64,000 bases of DNA, taken from positions 1 to 64,000 of the forward strand of contig JAYODI010000005.1 in the NCBI GenBank assembly GCA_038279365.1. Direction: 5' to 3'. The number at the start of each line of letters is the position of its first letter. Position 1 is the first letter of the stretch. The DNA comes from Candidatus Latescibacterota bacterium. GTDB taxonomy: Bacteria; Latescibacterota; UBA2968. A program made the position numbers and the translations under genes. Below, one piece after another: positions 61,105-64,000 of the stretch. The notes below the pieces were generated by a model. It was not told the DNA's origin and searched no databases. It saw only the letters and a program-made list of their open reading frames with translations.

Positions 61105-62403
61105 GTGAATCTTCAAAGCTGGGGCAATTATCCAAAAATAAAAAACAGTGTGTTTGTATTTGATCAAGAATCATCGCTTAAACAAATTATTCAAACACAA
61201 AACGGTTTGATTCCTTATGGCAATGGCAAAAGCTATGGTGACAGTGCATTAAGTGAAAACATCATCCACACCAAACCTCACAACCACTTCCTGTACTTTG
61301 ACGAAATTACAGGTTTGTTACACGTCCAATCGGGCGTCTTACTCTCCGAAATATTAGACATCTTTGTACCCAAAGGTTGGTTCCTCAAAATAACCCCAGG
61401 CACAAAACTCATCACCGTAGGGGGTGCCATTGCCAGTGATGTACACGGCAAAAACCACCACATAGCAGGTTGCTTTAGCGAATGCGTGGATCAATTTCGC
61501 CTCATGTTGCCCAATGGTGACATTGTCACCTGCAGCCAAAAAGAAAACATTGAATTATTCAGAGCAACATGCGGTGGGATGGGTTTAACAGGTGTGATAT
61601 TGGATGCAAAAATCTACCTCAAAAAAATCAACTCACAATACATCGCACAAACCACCATCAAAACCAAAAATCTCCAAGAAACATTTGAAGCTTTTGAAGC
61701 ATACCAACACGAACCCTATTCCGTTGCTTGGATCGACTGCTTGGCCAAAGGCAAAAAAATGGGCCGATGCCTATTGACAGTTGGCGATTTTGACAAAGAT
61801 GGCGACTTAAATTACCAGCATAAAAAAAAGCTGAACATACCGTTCAACTTCCCATCCTTTGCACTTAACACATTCAGCATCAAAGCCTTTAATTTTCTCT
61901 ACTACAAAAAAATATTCAAAAAAATCTCCAAACAAAAAGTGCACTTTGACACCTTCTTTTACCCACTCGACGCCATTGCCAATTGGAACAGAATCTACGG
62001 TAAAAACGGCTTTACCCAGTATCAATTCATCCTCCCCAAAAACACAAGCTACAACGGCTTAGAAGAAATCATGACAACCATCTCGGCCTCGGGCAAAGGA
62101 TCTTTTTTGGCCGTGCTCAAACTCTATGGCAAGGCCAATGACAACTACCTCTCTTTTCCATTAGATGGATACAGCTTGGCCTTAGATTTTAAAATTGAAA
62201 AAGGCCTCTTTGAACTACTCGACAAACTCGATGACATCGTTCTAAAACATCAAGGTCGCATTTATCTGGCCAAAGATGTGAGAGTAACAAAAGAAGTGTT
62301 TGAAAAAGGTTATCCGCACATTGAAACATTTAGAAAATTACGCAATCACTATCACATGACAGAAAAATTAAACTCATTACAATCACAACGTGTAGGAATA
62401 TAA
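61105..62403 (+). CDS. FAD-binding oxidoreductase, DprE1-like
   Basis: GNGKSYGD, TPGTKLITVGGAIASDVHGKNHH, GGMGLTG, WIDC, LAVLK, YLAKD. Confidence 0.88.
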   Translation: MNLQSWGNYPKIKNSVFVFDQESSLKQIIQTQNGLIPYGNGKSYGDSALSENIIHTKPHNHFLYFDEITGLLHVQSGVLLSEILDIFVPKGWFLKITPGTKLITVGGAIASDVHGKNHHIAGCFSECVDQFRLMLPNGDIVTCSQKENIELFRATCGGMGLTGVILDAKIYLKKINSQYIAQTTIKTKNLQETFEAFEAYQHEPYSVAWIDCLAKGKKMGRCLLTVGDFDKDGDLNYQHKKKLNIPFNFPSFALNTFSIKAFNFLYYKKIFKKISKQKVHFDTFFYPLDAIANWNRIYGKNGFTQYQFILPKNTSYNGLEEIMTTISASGKGSFLAVLKLYGKANDNYLSFPLDGYSLALDFKIEKGLFELLDKLDDIVLKHQGRIYLAKDVRVTKEVFEKGYPHIETFRKLRNHYHMTEKLNSLQSQRVGI

Positions 62404-62404
62404 T

Positions 62405-63136
62405 ATGAGCTTTGTATTAATTGTAGGGGCCAAAAGCGACATTGCCAAAGCAACCGCCCGATACTATGCCCAAAAAGGATACGACCTCTACCTGGCCGCC
62501 CGTCAATCTCACGAATTGGATGTATTTGCGCGTGATGTTGCCATTCGGTCGCAACAAACCGTCAAATGTGTTGAACTCGATATCTTAGATTATGCCTCTC
62601 ACCAAAATTTTTACGATACCTTAGATGAAAAACCCATAGGTGTCATTTCAGCCGTTGGTTACTTAGGCAACCAAGAGGGCGCACAAAGTGATTTTGCGGA
62701 AACACAAAAGATCATCGACACAAACTACACGGGCATTGTGAGTCTGTTCAATGTGATTGCCAATGATTTTGAAAAACGAAAAAAAGGATTCATCGTAGGC
62801 ATCAGCTCTGTTGCCGGAGATCGGGGCCGAAAAAGCAACTACACCTACGGCTCTGCCAAAGCCGCGTTTACGGCCTATCTTGCAGGCTTAAGAAACAGAC
62901 TCCACAGTGCCCAAGTACACGTGCTCACCGTAAAACCAGGGTTCGTTGCCACCAAAATGACCGAAGGTATGGACCTACCCGAAAAGCTCACCGCCCAACC
63001 CGAAGAAATCGCCCACGACATTTATCATGCCCAGCAAAAAGGCCAAAACGTCTTGTACACCAAATGGATGTGGAAATGGATTATGATGATCATCAACAAC
63101 ATTCCAGAGTGGCAATTTAAAAAAATGAGCATCTAA
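62405..63136 (+). CDS. SDR, DprE2-like
   Basis: GAKSDIA, SSVAGDRGR.SNY.YGSAK, KPGFV.TKMT. Confidence 0.85.
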   Translation: MSFVLIVGAKSDIAKATARYYAQKGYDLYLAARQSHELDVFARDVAIRSQQTVKCVELDILDYASHQNFYDTLDEKPIGVISAVGYLGNQEGAQSDFAETQKIIDTNYTGIVSLFNVIANDFEKRKKGFIVGISSVAGDRGRKSNYTYGSAKAAFTAYLAGLRNRLHSAQVHVLTVKPGFVATKMTEGMDLPEKLTAQPEEIAHDIYHAQQKGQNVLYTKWMWKWIMMIINNIPEWQFKKMSI

Positions 63137-63142
63137 TCAACA

Positions 63143-63319
63143 CTATCCCAAAGGCTGTGTATTAAACACCGCTCGCATATACAACAACAACCAACTCAAC
63201 AGTGTCACCAAAACGGACACCCCAACAGCAATCAACACCAACAACCATCCAGATGGCCGTTTCTCTGGGTCATGAAAAGGATTGCGTCTGGGGTCATCAA
63301 ATCGCATAGATCTATCCAT
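63143..63319 (-). CDS. Small single-TM protein (58 aa; absent from the ORF track)
   Basis: Hand-translated MDRSMRFDDPRRNPFHDPEKRPSGWLLVLIAVGVSVLVTLLSWLLLYMRAVFNTQPLG*. Confidence 0.55.
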   Translation of the reverse strand: MDRSMRFDDPRRNPFHDPEKRPSGWLLVLIAVGVSVLVTLLSWLLLYMRAVFNTQPLG

Positions 63320-63331
63320 ATTTCAAAAACT

Positions 63332-63407
63332 GTCGCAGGTCACAAGTCAACAAGTCGCAAGTCAAAATCGGTAAGGTCTTTGGTTTTGACCTGCGACCAG
63401 TGACCTT
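63332..63407. repeat. Inverted heptamer (GTCGCAR/GACCTGC) element
   Basis: gtcgcag gtcacaa gtcaacaa gtcgcaa gtc ... gacctgc gaccagt gacct. Confidence 0.6.
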
Positions 63408-63413
63408 GTCCTA

Positions 63414-64000
63414 TCACGTTAACCGTGCCTCAATCCACTGCGCCGTTTTTTGATAGGCGGCATCCAAATCATCAATCGGCGATTCTGCGCCTCCCACATC
63501 CACACCCAAATGCCCATCAAAGCCCACCAAATCCAACGTCTCAAAAAACAAATCCCAATGAATCACACCGTCACCAGGTGGCAAATGAGACACATGCCCG
63601 CCCCCTGTATCAGAAATGTGAATATAATCGACAAAATCGGCCAACCGCCGCAAGGATAAAATAGGATTGTCCTTCAAATAAAATTGATTGGCCGTATCCA
63701 AATTAAATCGCAAATTATCACGGTCAACCGCATCGCGAAAATACAAATACGCATCGGTCGTCGCAGACAACACACCTGCACACGGATGCATTTGATACGT
63801 CAAGCCACGCGCTTGCGCAATCTCACACGCCGTGCGAAACGTGCCGATCAGACCCTCCCAATAAGCTTGCCAATTCAAATCTTTGGGAATAGACGCGGCC
63901 ATTAAGACATCTTCTTCATAATGCCGTACGATAGGCATATCTCCAGGAAATTGATATGCAGGCAACGGGGCATTATCTAACACACCCTTTGCGCCCAAAG
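63414..64000 (-). CDS. Sugar phosphate isomerase/epimerase (TIM barrel), 5' end outside the window
   Basis: NLDTAN, IHISD, HLPPGDG.IHW, GFDG. Confidence 0.82.
   Translation of the reverse strand, partial: LGAKGVLDNAPLPAYQFPGDMPIVRHYEEDVLMAASIPKDLNWQAYWEGLIGTFRTACEIAQARGLTYQMHPCAGVLSATTDAYLYFRDAVDRDNLRFNLDTANQFYLKDNPILSLRRLADFVDYIHISDTGGGHVSHLPPGDGVIHWDLFFETLDLVGFDGHLGVDVGGAESPIDDLDAAYQKTAQWIEARLT

Overview
Gene-dense bacterial chromosomal segment with no phage, transposase, CRISPR array, rRNA or tRNA detected. A C-terminal EF-hand/dockerin-like tag, plus several PhyH, nitrilase-like, amidohydrolase and TPR-glycosylation genes, suggests a diderm such as Ca. Latescibacterota (inference only). 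Main blocks: (1) an H-NOX/REC-HDOD/HTH-REC signalling operon ending in a truncated PAS gene; (2) a Cys-rich small protein upstream of a His/Met-rich outer-membrane protein, behind a Zur-like palindrome; (3) a cobalamin-riboswitch-controlled btuD-btuF-btuB-propeller-cobQ-btuC operon; (4) Zn-ribbon-less L33/L28, hinT, yidD, folE2, sufE and hemB; (5) housekeeping and catabolic genes (mug, ilvD, cinA, ybbAP-like ABC, GH4, tesA, IYD-like nitroreductase, aroC, mutY); (6) surface-glycosylation genes including a DprE1/DprE2-like pair; (7) a spondin lipoprotein with an OmpR-type two-component system. Non-coding signals of note: a dispersed family of inverted 7/8-mer tandem-repeat elements at gene ends, two phased direct-repeat operator arrays, and a CsrA-like leader. 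All protein calls come from motif recognition, not database searches.
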